Below, piece by piece: positions 39,717-48,973 of a DNA stretch of 64,000 nucleotides (position 1 is its first letter; each line of letters begins with the position of its first letter). Below the pieces are notes generated by a model. The model had not been told where the DNA came from. It did not search any database and was given only the letters and a program-made list of their open reading frames with translations. The stretch comes from Oceanispirochaeta sp. (GTDB lineage Bacteria; Spirochaetota; Spirochaetia; DSM-2461), in the NCBI GenBank assembly GCA_963663385.2, contig CAXXXD010000002.1:32001-96000 (forward strand). The letters run 5' to 3'. Made by a program: the position numbers and the translations under genes.

Positions 39717-40389
39717 TGAATGTGCTATACTTTGGAATACTCCATCAGGACAACCTGGAGGGTTGCTGATGGACCCCATTTCTGAATGTGCTATACTCCT
39801 TACTTCAATCCGAATTATTTCACCGGTGTTGCGGATGGACCCCATTTCTGAATGTGCTATACTGAGATATGGCAAGATACTACATATTCTGTTGTTGCGG
39901 ATGGACCCCATTTCTGAATGTGCTATACTCTGAATATAGTTCCATATCGATGGGTAATAGTTGCGGATGGACCCCATTTCTGAATGTGCTATACTAGGTT
40001 TCAATTCGAAAAGAACGTTAAGCCTGTTGCGGATGGACCCCATTTCTGAATGTGCTATACTAGTGTCACAGCTTCTACGTCTCAGGTTAAGGTTGCGGAT
40101 GGACCCCATTTCTGAATGTGCTATACTCAGCCAAAAGAAATGGTATAACCAATCAAGTTGCGGATGGACCCCATTTCTGAATGTGCTATACTTCTTTTTC
40201 ATGTGTTACCTCTTTAATTATAGTTGCGGATGGACCCCATTTCTGAATGTGCTATACTATCTTTGATAACCGGGATAACATATAGATTGTTGCGGATGGA
40301 CCCCATTTCTGAATGTGCTATACTTCGGCTGGATTAGTACCTATTAACGTTCTGTTGCGGATGGACCCCATTTCTGAATGTGCTATACT
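39717..40389 (+). CRISPR. Type II-C CRISPR array: 10 full repeats, 1 truncated repeat, 10 spacers of 29-30 nt
   Basis: Repeat GTTGCGGATGGACCCCATTTCTGAATGTGCTATACT at 39762 (G6T variant), 39828, 39894, 39960, 40026, 40092, 40157, 40223, 40289 and 40354; a 15-nt 3' remnant at 39717-39731. Confidence 0.98.
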
Positions 40390-40458
40390 AGTGATTGTGT
40401 AACTCCATAACCGGAAAGGCTTTGGAGTGCATAATTGCAAATAAAAAAGAGGTGGAAA

Positions 40459-40788
40459 TCAGAAAAGCAGGAACTGTGCATTTGTTTTTTTCTGCTTTTG
40501 GAACTCTTTTCCATAGAAAGAAACGATATTTTCATATTGCTTGTCTGTAATTGAAATAATATCAACCTTTCCTCCCTTAGGAAGAGCATCCTCCACCATT
40601 TCAACAATGGTTTTCAATGCATCTTTTCCTGATAACAATCTATAGTATACCGAATATTGACTCATATGGAAACCGTTGTCCAGCAAGAACTTACGAAATT
40701 CTGTTGCTTCTTTTCTCTGCTTCTGTTCAACCACTGGTAAATCAAATAATACTATTGCCCACATCATCCTGTACCCGTTCAAAAACAT
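40459..40788 (-). CDS. cas2: CRISPR-associated Cas2
   Basis: VLFDLPV and GFHMSQYSVY; next to the array. Confidence 0.96.
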   Translation of the reverse strand: MFLNGYRMMWAIVLFDLPVVEQKQRKEATEFRKFLLDNGFHMSQYSVYYRLLSGKDALKTIVEMVEDALPKGGKVDIISITDKQYENIVSFYGKEFQKQKKTNAQFLLF

Positions 40789-41705
40789 AATTCCACCAAC
40801 TCGTTTAACTCCCCGTCTCCCGGAAAGGGAGGAATAATCAATTCGTTGCTTTTTTCTTTAAAACTCCTGACAACGGATAGGCATAAATCTTCCAATGCTT
40901 TAATCAGGGGCGTTTTCCCTTTCAGGGAATCCAGATCCAGCCAGCAGAGCTGTATAATTTTCTTTTTGTTTGCCGGTATAAGGCTGAAATCGTCGTATTT
41001 AGAAATTTCCACAGCAGCAATATCAAACAGTGGTCTGTATATCTCCATAAGATCATCTACCAGACACATATTGTTTGACCTGTTTATATGATGGATACCC
41101 AGAGCAGGTTGTAAACCGCAGGAACAGACCGCACGTGCTGTCATTCCTCTCAGTACTCCATATCCGTAATTTAATAAGGAATTAATCCCCGGCTCGTTTA
41201 TATCCCTTTTGAAGGTTCCTTCAAACAGGCTTTTCCAATACACCCGAGCGGCATAGGCTTCGTTATTTTCCTTATCACCGGATTTAACCTGTTCTGCAAT
41301 ATGGAGTAAGGTTTTGTAATCATCTTTCTTATAGAAGCTTAGTATCGCGGCCTGATTCCGGATTTTTGTCTGAACGATTATTTTCCACATCTGCTTTTTT
41401 AAAGGCAGAGACGCATCAATTTGATCCAGTAATCTTCCGGTATATTCAAAGTGGGAGCTGTAAGGCAGGAGAAATGATGCGGGATTGTAGTTTTTGCCGC
41501 ATAGTATGGCCATGCCGCCCCGCTCATTTATACGTGTCAGTATCTCCTTTGAGAAACTAACACCTCTGGCTGTAACAAGAAGAACGGCAATATCGTCCAG
41601 CGGCACTTCGGCCAGTTTTTCCCTGGCTTTGGATATCTTTAAAAATCCTCTGTAAGCGGATAAATATGTCCCTTCTTCCGAGATTTCAACGACTTGTCTG
41701 AGCAT
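40779..41705 (-). CDS. cas1: CRISPR-associated Cas1 (type II)
   Basis: VPLDDIA, EAYAARVYW, NSLLNYGYGVLR, LGIHH and DDLMEIYRP. Confidence 0.97.
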   Translation of the reverse strand: MLRQVVEISEEGTYLSAYRGFLKISKAREKLAEVPLDDIAVLLVTARGVSFSKEILTRINERGGMAILCGKNYNPASFLLPYSSHFEYTGRLLDQIDASLPLKKQMWKIIVQTKIRNQAAILSFYKKDDYKTLLHIAEQVKSGDKENNEAYAARVYWKSLFEGTFKRDINEPGINSLLNYGYGVLRGMTARAVCSCGLQPALGIHHINRSNNMCLVDDLMEIYRPLFDIAAVEISKYDDFSLIPANKKKIIQLCWLDLDSLKGKTPLIKALEDLCLSVVRSFKEKSNELIIPPFPGDGELNELVELCF

Positions 41706-41712
41706 AGTCTAC

Positions 41713-44700
41713 TCATGTCCTTTCCCTCCCGTCTGCTGTGATATGAACTTTCGAAACCAGATAAGTTTGAAAAACTTGGTTTATCGAATTCCAATTTTGA
41801 CCTTTCTGTGGCTTCCAAATATCATCTTTTATAATAATATTCGTATGTTCATTCCAATCTTTCAAGTTTGTTGCGTTAAAAACAGTTGAAAAATCAATTC
41901 TATTTGTTGTTGCAGCATATCCTTTGATTATAGAGTAATGTGTTTTATTTTCTTCATCGATAATTTTTACAATATCTTCTTTATATAAAGACATTATTTT
42001 CTTTGCTGCCGGATGTGGGCAAGGTGATTTGAATTTCTCATCCTGTGCTTGAACACGGTTTACAAAATACCCTTTATATTCTGTTTTTTTCTTATTCTTA
42101 TGCGGAGGAATGGCCCAGATATCTACATACAGATAATCATTAGGTAAATAGGCTTTATTCTTGTTCACAGAATTAATTCGTACAGCGTTTTCCGTATTAT
42201 CCGGCATTATTCGTACTCGGCGAATTTTGTGTTTTTCTCCAAACAGCTGTAAAGCTTCCTGCAGCATTTTGGCATTCAGTTCAGATACTTGTATTTCGTT
42301 ATAAATTTTCAACTTGATCTCTTCGTCCCAGATTCTGGCAACCTCTGTTGCTTTCAGATCTTTTAAAGCCTTACGTGTAACATAAGTCGGAACCAGACAG
42401 ATTGGACCTTCCGCATCATTATCGGAATGCCATTTTTCAGCCATTATTTTTCTGGCTTTATTTATTCCTAGTTCCCGGACATAATCCTTGAACTCTCTCT
42501 TAAGGGAACGGCTTTCAATCTGATTAATATCATCAATAGTTTTGAATTTATCGAATCCTCTTCTTGTCTGTTTTAACTTCATACCAAGGGCTGTCTCATT
42601 AAAAAGCTTACCCTGTCTACCATGATCCAGCTTATGTGAGACGATGATCTTTTTTACCTGTTCAGTTACATCCCTCACCAGAAAGGGACTTGCAGGTACG
42701 ATTATATCTTCCGGTCTTTGTAGAATTGCCTCATTGGCAAGTCGTTTAATCGTACTCCTGTCTGTTAACGCAATTACAAGGGCATCAATACTGTGATGCC
42801 TATGATCCGTTCTGTTTTTGTGCCAGTTGCTGCGATGATTACTTAATATCGTGTTATATCCCCAGCGAGCCCGCAGCATGGCAGTCTGGCCGCCTTTTAT
42901 TGTCCAGATCTTGTTATAAATACAAATGGCAGAAAGGTATTCTTTTGATTTTCTTGACAGATAGGCATTATCTGTAAGCTGCCGGTCCATAAATCCGGCT
43001 TTTTCTTCCCACTCATGTAAAGCTCCTTTCAAAAAGAATTTGCTTTTGTTATTGGGTAGATGGGAGGAGCGCTCTACTATTTTATCGTAGTTAAAATCAT
43101 CGTGACAGGCTGAAAAAGCTTCATCTGGTGTACGATTTCCCTTAAAAGCATTGCATCGTTTATGGGACACCGTCAGATTATTCATACTGTTCATCAGAGT
43201 CCTTGAGTAGGGTAGTATATGTTCGATTTCAACATCCGGACTGAACAGTTGAGAAGCACTTATAGGTTTGCCGCAGTAAACACATCTGCGAGTAACTCCC
43301 TCAGGGGCCAGTTCTTCCCAGAGTTTGTATTTCTTTATATCCCAGGAACTGGGATGCCCTATTCCTAATGATTTCAGTTGATTATAGATTCGATCATTAT
43401 CAAGTTTATTCTTTTTCTGCCTGTTGAAAGCATCCATTTTATTGTCCCGGCTCATTTTTAATTCCCTGGACAATTCAAGCACTATTTCATCCGGGTTTCC
43501 AAAACGTTCAATCAGGCAATTTACCAGCTTCCGAAGCTGATTAAGGGCTATATGAACCGTTGGATTTCCAATTTTTCCATAGAGAATTTCGGGATCTCTA
43601 CTAAGGGATTCCGGTTTCCCGCCAATAGTACTGCCTTTCAGAATCTCACCATAATAGGGAAGTCGTTTCTTCAACTCTTCTTTGTTTCTGAAATCACTGT
43701 GATGAAGCCCCATCATTTTAACTGCTTCATGATAAGGCAGGCCTTTTTTCTCCATAATGAGGGAGCATTCATTCATAAATTCTTTTGATAAATTTGTTGT
43801 TCCGGAAGAGAATGTCTGGTTCAAAATTTCTTCAACCATATCTGAATCAAGATTGTACTCACTAAGAAAGTTTTTAATCGGTTCATCAGAATTACTTTCA
43901 ATGAGGAGCTCGATTAACTCATCCTGTTTTTCAAGTGCAATATCATCCCAGTATTTACCCATCACTTTTCGCATTGAAAAGGCGGTTGAGTTACCGTTTA
44001 GTTTTTCATCTGCTCTTTTTTCAAGGTTGAAACGGTTATCTACTTTCAGTAAAGACCGAATTTTATTAAAGGCAACTGTTTTGGCCTTATCAAGAGCTTG
44101 AATAAGGATCCTTCTCTGTCCATTAGTTAACCTGGTTTTGCTGCCATCACTATTTATCAGTTCAAGGTTATTCACTTCCTGAAGTATTCTGAATCGATGA
44201 CTGACAGGAAGGGCTTTATGGGCTCTCTCCTTATCAATATAAAACTGACACTTTCCTCTTTCCTGTGGTTTTAATGGTCTTTGAAAGAATATAATATCAT
44301 AGAGCAGATCCCAATCCAGTTGAGGATAGGAAGGTTCCTGAATATTCCGCAGAGAAAGGAATTCCTCTTCATATAATTTACGATCAGGATACTGATTTGA
44401 TATTTCAGGGCGGAATCGTATCCCTTTGCACTTCCCATCAACTCCCAGACTGTGAAACTCTTCTCTTTTCTTATATAAAAACTCGCCAAATGTTCTAGCA
44501 TCTGATTCATCAAGAGCATTCTGGAGATTCGATATCTTCAGGTAGTTCCCTTTGGTTTCAGCATCACCAGACTTTTCTTCTTTCCGGTTGCTTTTGAAAC
44601 CTCTTCTTTTGGCCAAATGAGCAATTGCACGGCATAATTCCTGACCATTCAATACTCTGTCCAGACCCTCTTTCCTGACTAAATAGGGATCTATACGTTT

Positions 44701-44991
44701 TATCTGTGCAGATTCATCTTGATCAATTATTCCAGAGCTAATAAAGAAACCATATACTTTTCTTATTTGTCGGTTTCTTCTGTCTCTTCTCTTTCGCATC
44801 TGACGGGCATTTCGTCTTTGAACGGCTAAGGAATCTCCGACACGTCCCTCTGCAGCCGGTTCTCTTCCATCAGAAAAAATTCTGACTCCCATATCCAATA
44901 TTTCAAGAGGTATACTGTCATCGGTTATTTTTAGAGCACACCATCCGATTGAATTCGTTCCAAGATCCAAGCCCAAGCGCCATTTATCCAT
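41713..44991 (-). CDS. cas9: Type II-C Cas9, about 1092 aa
   Basis: RuvC-I GLDLGTNSIGW, Arg-rich bridge helix, RuvC-II VLELSRE, HNH EIEHILPYS..N..KGNRTP, RuvC-III HHSIDA; no csn2 or cas4; GAGG SD favours ATG 44991. Confidence 0.98.
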   Translation of the reverse strand: MDKWRLGLDLGTNSIGWCALKITDDSIPLEILDMGVRIFSDGREPAAEGRVGDSLAVQRRNARQMRKRRDRRNRQIRKVYGFFISSGIIDQDESAQIKRIDPYLVRKEGLDRVLNGQELCRAIAHLAKRRGFKSNRKEEKSGDAETKGNYLKISNLQNALDESDARTFGEFLYKKREEFHSLGVDGKCKGIRFRPEISNQYPDRKLYEEEFLSLRNIQEPSYPQLDWDLLYDIIFFQRPLKPQERGKCQFYIDKERAHKALPVSHRFRILQEVNNLELINSDGSKTRLTNGQRRILIQALDKAKTVAFNKIRSLLKVDNRFNLEKRADEKLNGNSTAFSMRKVMGKYWDDIALEKQDELIELLIESNSDEPIKNFLSEYNLDSDMVEEILNQTFSSGTTNLSKEFMNECSLIMEKKGLPYHEAVKMMGLHHSDFRNKEELKKRLPYYGEILKGSTIGGKPESLSRDPEILYGKIGNPTVHIALNQLRKLVNCLIERFGNPDEIVLELSRELKMSRDNKMDAFNRQKKNKLDNDRIYNQLKSLGIGHPSSWDIKKYKLWEELAPEGVTRRCVYCGKPISASQLFSPDVEIEHILPYSRTLMNSMNNLTVSHKRCNAFKGNRTPDEAFSACHDDFNYDKIVERSSHLPNNKSKFFLKGALHEWEEKAGFMDRQLTDNAYLSRKSKEYLSAICIYNKIWTIKGGQTAMLRARWGYNTILSNHRSNWHKNRTDHRHHSIDALVIALTDRSTIKRLANEAILQRPEDIIVPASPFLVRDVTEQVKKIIVSHKLDHGRQGKLFNETALGMKLKQTRRGFDKFKTIDDINQIESRSLKREFKDYVRELGINKARKIMAEKWHSDNDAEGPICLVPTYVTRKALKDLKATEVARIWDEEIKLKIYNEIQVSELNAKMLQEALQLFGEKHKIRRVRIMPDNTENAVRINSVNKNKAYLPNDYLYVDIWAIPPHKNKKKTEYKGYFVNRVQAQDEKFKSPCPHPAAKKIMSLYKEDIVKIIDEENKTHYSIIKGYAATTNRIDFSTVFNATNLKDWNEHTNIIIKDDIWKPQKGQNWNSINQVFQTYLVSKVHITADGRERT

Positions 44992-45025
44992 ACTCACCTC
45001 TTGTTTTTATAGTAATCAGTGAGTT

Positions 45026-45054
45026 ATTTTAAACCTGTTTTAATTGACAATCAA
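45026..45054 (-). promoter_or_regulatory. Putative cas9 operon promoter
   Basis: TTGATT-N17-TAAAAT on the minus strand. Confidence 0.6.
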
Positions 45055-45072
45055 ATAGTAAACGAATAAGAT
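45044..45072 (+). promoter_or_regulatory. tracrRNA promoter
   Basis: TTGACA-N17-TAAGAT ending 6 nt before the anti-repeat. Confidence 0.8.
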
Positions 45073-45078
45073 TAAATC

Positions 45079-45188
45079 AGCACATTTGGAAATGCGGTTC
45101 ATCCGCTAACAAGGCGAACCCGTTAGGGCACCGCCACAAAATGCACAGTTAACTGTGGAAAAGGCCTCCTGCGGGAGGTCTTTTTTTT
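45079..45188 (+). ncRNA. tracrRNA (about 110 nt)
   Basis: Anti-repeat AGCACATTTGGAAATGCGGTTCATCCGCTAAC (45079-45110), AAGGC nexus-like start, hairpins, terminator GGCCTCC-GGAGGTC-T8. Confidence 0.92.
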
Positions 45189-45202
45189 ATTAAAAGGATT
45201 AC

Positions 45203-45697
45203 TTAAAACACATACCTCACCCCAAAGGATGAGGCCAGATAAAAACCGAAATCATTCATAAACTGCAGCCCGGGAGTAGCCTCGATATAGAGGTTCAGGG
45301 GCACTTCATCAAACGTATACTCCCAGCGGACTGTGGCGCCTGCAGCCATACTGAACTCGTCATCAAAATCGCAGTATAGAGCCGGTCCCATAGAGAGGGG
45401 GAAAATTTCATCTCCCATATTTATATTCACAATGGTAAACAGAAGATTGGCACCCATGGCAAAATCACTATTGAAGTGGGTTCCAGCAAAAGCATTGGCT
45501 TCCAGATAGTTGGCCAGCCTGTAGCCGAATGTTAAGCCGAAGGGGTAGCCGATAGCCAATCCGGCTTTTGCCCTGCCTTCCAGATCCTCTGTGCTGAGGC
45601 TGAGTTCCGGTATCTCTTTATCTTCGTAGCGATTGTCGTTGGCAAACAGCCCTGCCGTCAGGATAAAAAGAAAAATCAGTATGAGAATCTTCTTCAT
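45203..45697 (-). CDS. Predicted small outer-membrane beta-barrel protein
   Basis: Signal peptide MKKILIL; GLAIGYPFGLT; C-terminal GVRYVF. Confidence 0.7.
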   Translation of the reverse strand: MKKILILIFLFILTAGLFANDNRYEDKEIPELSLSTEDLEGRAKAGLAIGYPFGLTFGYRLANYLEANAFAGTHFNSDFAMGANLLFTIVNINMGDEIFPLSMGPALYCDFDDEFSMAAGATVRWEYTFDEVPLNLYIEATPGLQFMNDFGFYLASSFGVRYVF

Positions 45698-45767
45698 TAT
45701 GTGATCTCCCGTTAAATATTCAAAGCATCCGCTTATGCAATGCACCGGTTTATAATATAATAAATTT

Positions 45768-46724
45768 ATGGAAAAAGTCATCCTGATCTTCATAGACGGT
45801 GTCGGAATCGGAGCCGACGACCGCACGCGGAACCCCGTTATAGACCTCTTTAAGGGAATTGATTCCGGGATTCGGCTGTGCGAAGGATCTTTTCCCAGTG
45901 AATTCCCCGGTGGATACGGTTTTCCACTTGATGCCTGCCTGGGGGTGGATGGGATTCCCCAGTCCGCTACAGGCCAATCTTCCCTGTATACGGGAGTAAA
46001 TGCCCAGGCTTATCTGGGCTACCACCTGAATGCCATGCCCAACGATGCGCTAATCCATCTGTTGTGTAGGGAAAGTCTGCCCGTCCATATGAAACGGAAC
46101 GGGATCCGCTCACGGAATGCCAATCTCCACAGTTCGGCCTTTTTCGGGCAAAGGAGGAGCGGGCACAGGAATCGCTTCCCCGTTTCCACAATTATGACTT
46201 TTGCCGGAAAGACATCCTTTGTTTTTGAAAAGGAGTATCGGAAGGGGCAGGGTGTTTATATGGATATTACGGGAAAACTGATGCGGGAGAGAGGCTTTGA
46301 TATCCCTCTGATTACCCCCCTGGACGCGGCGGAGCGTTTATGCCGGATGACAGGGAATGAGGATTTTATCTACTTTGAGTATTTCCTGACCGACCGCTGG
46401 GGGCATAAACGGAACCGGGAAATTCTGGATTCCTGCCTGGACGACCTTATCCCCTTTCTGGGCGAATTAAGTGGTTTGACCCGGGAAAACAATATTCATC
46501 TGCTTGTATGCAGTGATCATGGCAATGCCGAAGATTTTGATACAGGCGATCATACCAGGAACCCCGTGCCATTCCTCTATATCCCGTCTTTCTGTTATCC
46601 TGCAGAAAAACGGGACGCCCTGCTGAAAAATCCCCCTGAAAAGATAACGGATGTCTGCAATATGGTTAAAAACATCTATAATATTAAAATAGATAACAAT
46701 ATAAAAATCCGGGAGAAGAAATAG
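45768..46724 (+). CDS. Metalloenzyme (phosphoglycerate mutase/phosphopentomutase-like)
   Basis: FIDGVGIG, PQSATGQ, DRWGH, SDHGN and HTRNPVP. Confidence 0.85.
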   Translation: MEKVILIFIDGVGIGADDRTRNPVIDLFKGIDSGIRLCEGSFPSEFPGGYGFPLDACLGVDGIPQSATGQSSLYTGVNAQAYLGYHLNAMPNDALIHLLCRESLPVHMKRNGIRSRNANLHSSAFFGQRRSGHRNRFPVSTIMTFAGKTSFVFEKEYRKGQGVYMDITGKLMRERGFDIPLITPLDAAERLCRMTGNEDFIYFEYFLTDRWGHKRNREILDSCLDDLIPFLGELSGLTRENNIHLLVCSDHGNAEDFDTGDHTRNPVPFLYIPSFCYPAEKRDALLKNPPEKITDVCNMVKNIYNIKIDNNIKIREKK

Positions 46725-47630
46725 ATGCCGCAAAGTATAAGCCGATCTGTCCGAAATGTAACTCTGGTTGGTATGATACTGAATATTCTTCTGGCAGGTG
46801 TGAAATTTGCTGTCGGACTGATCGGGAACAGTCAGGCTGTTCTGGCGGATGCCTTTCACAGTTTATCCGACCTGATTACTGATGTCGCCGTATTGGTCGG
46901 AGTAAAATTCTGGGACCCCCCTGCCGATGACGATCATCCCTACGGGCATAAGAGAATCGAATCTATTGTAACCTTTTTTATCGGGATACTTCTGGCTTAT
47001 GTGGGGTTTGAACTGCTCCTGAATGCCGTTTCTTCCATTTCCGAGCCCCCTGATCCTTCCCGGGCCACACTTCTGGTTGCTCTTATCGGACCGGCCCTCA
47101 GTATTGCAGGGAAGGAAATAGTCTTCCGTTATACAATCAAAGTGGGGAAAAGGGTTCACTCCTCGGCGGTTGTTGCCAATGCCTGGCACCATCGCTCCGA
47201 TGCCATCAGTTCCCTTCCGGTTCTGGTGGCTGTTCTGGTGGCAATTGTATTTCCGGAATGGCAGTTTGTGGATGCTGTAGGTGCAATTATTGTTTCCGGT
47301 TTTATATTCAAGGTTGCTTTTGAAATTATAAAACCGGCCTTCTTTGAGCTGACCGACAGGATGGTGGACCGGGAGCTGCTGAAGGTAATCGAGAAAACAG
47401 CCCTTGAAATCGATGGAGTCTGCTCCATTCATAAAACACGGACCAGGCGGTCCGGAGATGCCACTCTGGTGGATATGCATGTTCAGGTGGACGGGGAATT
47501 AAGTGTACGGGAAGGGCATGATATCTGCGAAACTGTCAAGCATACGATTATACGGCAGTGCAGTGAAGTCGTGGAAGTTCTGATTCATCTGGAACCTGCC
47601 TATACCGGTGTGTGTGAGGAAGGGGAGTGA
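46725..47630 (+). CDS. Cation diffusion facilitator (FieF-like)
   Basis: ADAFHSLSD, HPYGHKRIE and AWHHRSD. Confidence 0.92.
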   Translation: MPQSISRSVRNVTLVGMILNILLAGVKFAVGLIGNSQAVLADAFHSLSDLITDVAVLVGVKFWDPPADDDHPYGHKRIESIVTFFIGILLAYVGFELLLNAVSSISEPPDPSRATLLVALIGPALSIAGKEIVFRYTIKVGKRVHSSAVVANAWHHRSDAISSLPVLVAVLVAIVFPEWQFVDAVGAIIVSGFIFKVAFEIIKPAFFELTDRMVDRELLKVIEKTALEIDGVCSIHKTRTRRSGDATLVDMHVQVDGELSVREGHDICETVKHTIIRQCSEVVEVLIHLEPAYTGVCEEGE

Positions 47631-47719
47631 TGAATGAAGAGAATCAGACTGTTGAATTATTTGACTTTCAAGAGGTCTTCTTTTAAGCTGAGCTCATAGT
47701 AGCAGGACAGGAGGCAATT

Positions 47720-48067
47720 ATGTCGATTCTGAAAAATAAAGATATGAAGGCTGTGGAAATCAATATGGAAGCGGCGAAAAACGTACTCAAACAGACTGCC
47801 ATTTCCCCGAAAGAGGGCTGGGACGGCTGGGTTATGCGTATTTTTACCCTTAAAAAAGACGGGTTCACACCAAAACACACCCATGACTGGCCTCATATAA
47901 ACTATATCATAAGTGGAAAGGGGACCCTCTTTATTGATGGGGAAGAACGACCTGTTGCTCCCGGTGATACCGCTTATGTTAAAGGCGGAGAGCTGCATCA
48001 GTTTAAAAACGGGGGAGAGGATGATTTCTCTTTTATCTGTATTGTTCCGGAAGAAGGGGATAAATAG
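47720..48067 (+). CDS. Cupin domain protein
   Basis: HTHDWPH and HQFKN motifs. Confidence 0.88.
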   Translation: MSILKNKDMKAVEINMEAAKNVLKQTAISPKEGWDGWVMRIFTLKKDGFTPKHTHDWPHINYIISGKGTLFIDGEERPVAPGDTAYVKGGELHQFKNGGEDDFSFICIVPEEGDK

Positions 48068-48115
48068 GGGACCCGGGCTCTGTGCTTCCCGTAGGAAGGA
48101 CAGTCAGGAGATAAT

Positions 48116-48958
48116 ATGAAATTCATAGGCCCTCATGTCAGCATAGCGGGAGGCGTTGAAAATGCGCCTCTGAATGCCAGAAAGATCGGAGCCACAGGTT
48201 TCGGAATGTTTACCAAAAACCAGAGGCAATGGAAGGCCAGACCCCTTGAGGAAGAGAGCATCCGGACGTTCCGGGAGAACCTGAAAGCCGGAGGTTATAC
48301 GGCGGACTGTGTTCTGCCCCATGATTCCTATCTGATCAATCCGGGACACCCGGAAGCGGAAAAACTGGAGAAATCCCGGGATGCCTTTCTGGATGAAGTA
48401 CAGAGGGTGGAACAGCTGGGGCTGAAATACCTGAACTTCCACCCCGGCAGCCATCTAAAAACCATTGAGCCTGAAGCCTGTCTGGACAGGATTGCGGAAA
48501 GTCTGAATCTTACCATCGATCAGACGGAATCTGCGGTACTGCTGATTGAAAACACGGCCGGACAGGGGTCCAATATGGGCAGCCGCTTCGAGGAGATCGC
48601 CCGGATTCTAGAGGGAGTAAAGGATAGGTCCCGTGTGGCAGTCTGCCTGGATACCTGTCACCTCTTTGCTGCCGGCTATGATCTGCGTACTCCCGAATCC
48701 ATGGACAGGGTCTGGGAAGAATTTGATCGACTGATAGGATTCGAATTCCTGAAAGGGATGCATCTGAACGATGCCAAATCGGAGTACGGAAGCCATCTGG
48801 ACCGGCATCACAGTCTGGGGCAGGGGACTATCGGCTGGGGGGCGTTTGAACGGATAGCCGCTGACTCACGGTTTGACGGGATTCCTCTGGTGCTGGAGAC
48901 GATTGATGAGGGCCTCTGGCCGGAGGAGGTTGTGAGGCTGCTGAGGCAGTCCGGTTAG
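48116..48958 (+). CDS. nfo: Endonuclease IV
   Basis: HDSYLIN, FHPGSH, ENTAGQG, DTCH, HLND and DRH. Confidence 0.96.
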   Translation: MKFIGPHVSIAGGVENAPLNARKIGATGFGMFTKNQRQWKARPLEEESIRTFRENLKAGGYTADCVLPHDSYLINPGHPEAEKLEKSRDAFLDEVQRVEQLGLKYLNFHPGSHLKTIEPEACLDRIAESLNLTIDQTESAVLLIENTAGQGSNMGSRFEEIARILEGVKDRSRVAVCLDTCHLFAAGYDLRTPESMDRVWEEFDRLIGFEFLKGMHLNDAKSEYGSHLDRHHSLGQGTIGWGAFERIAADSRFDGIPLVLETIDEGLWPEEVVRLLRQSG

Positions 48959-48973
48959 GATAAAGGAACATGG

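Noticed and set aside
39705..40266. ORFs with repeating SIAHSEMGSIRN or RMDPISECAIL units
   Set aside because: Artefacts of the 66-nt CRISPR period, which is a multiple of three.
44985..45012. Partial similarity of spacer 8 to the cas9 start region, suggesting autorepression
   Set aside because: Only a 7-nt SD-derived match (ACCTCTT) with no contiguous seed match.
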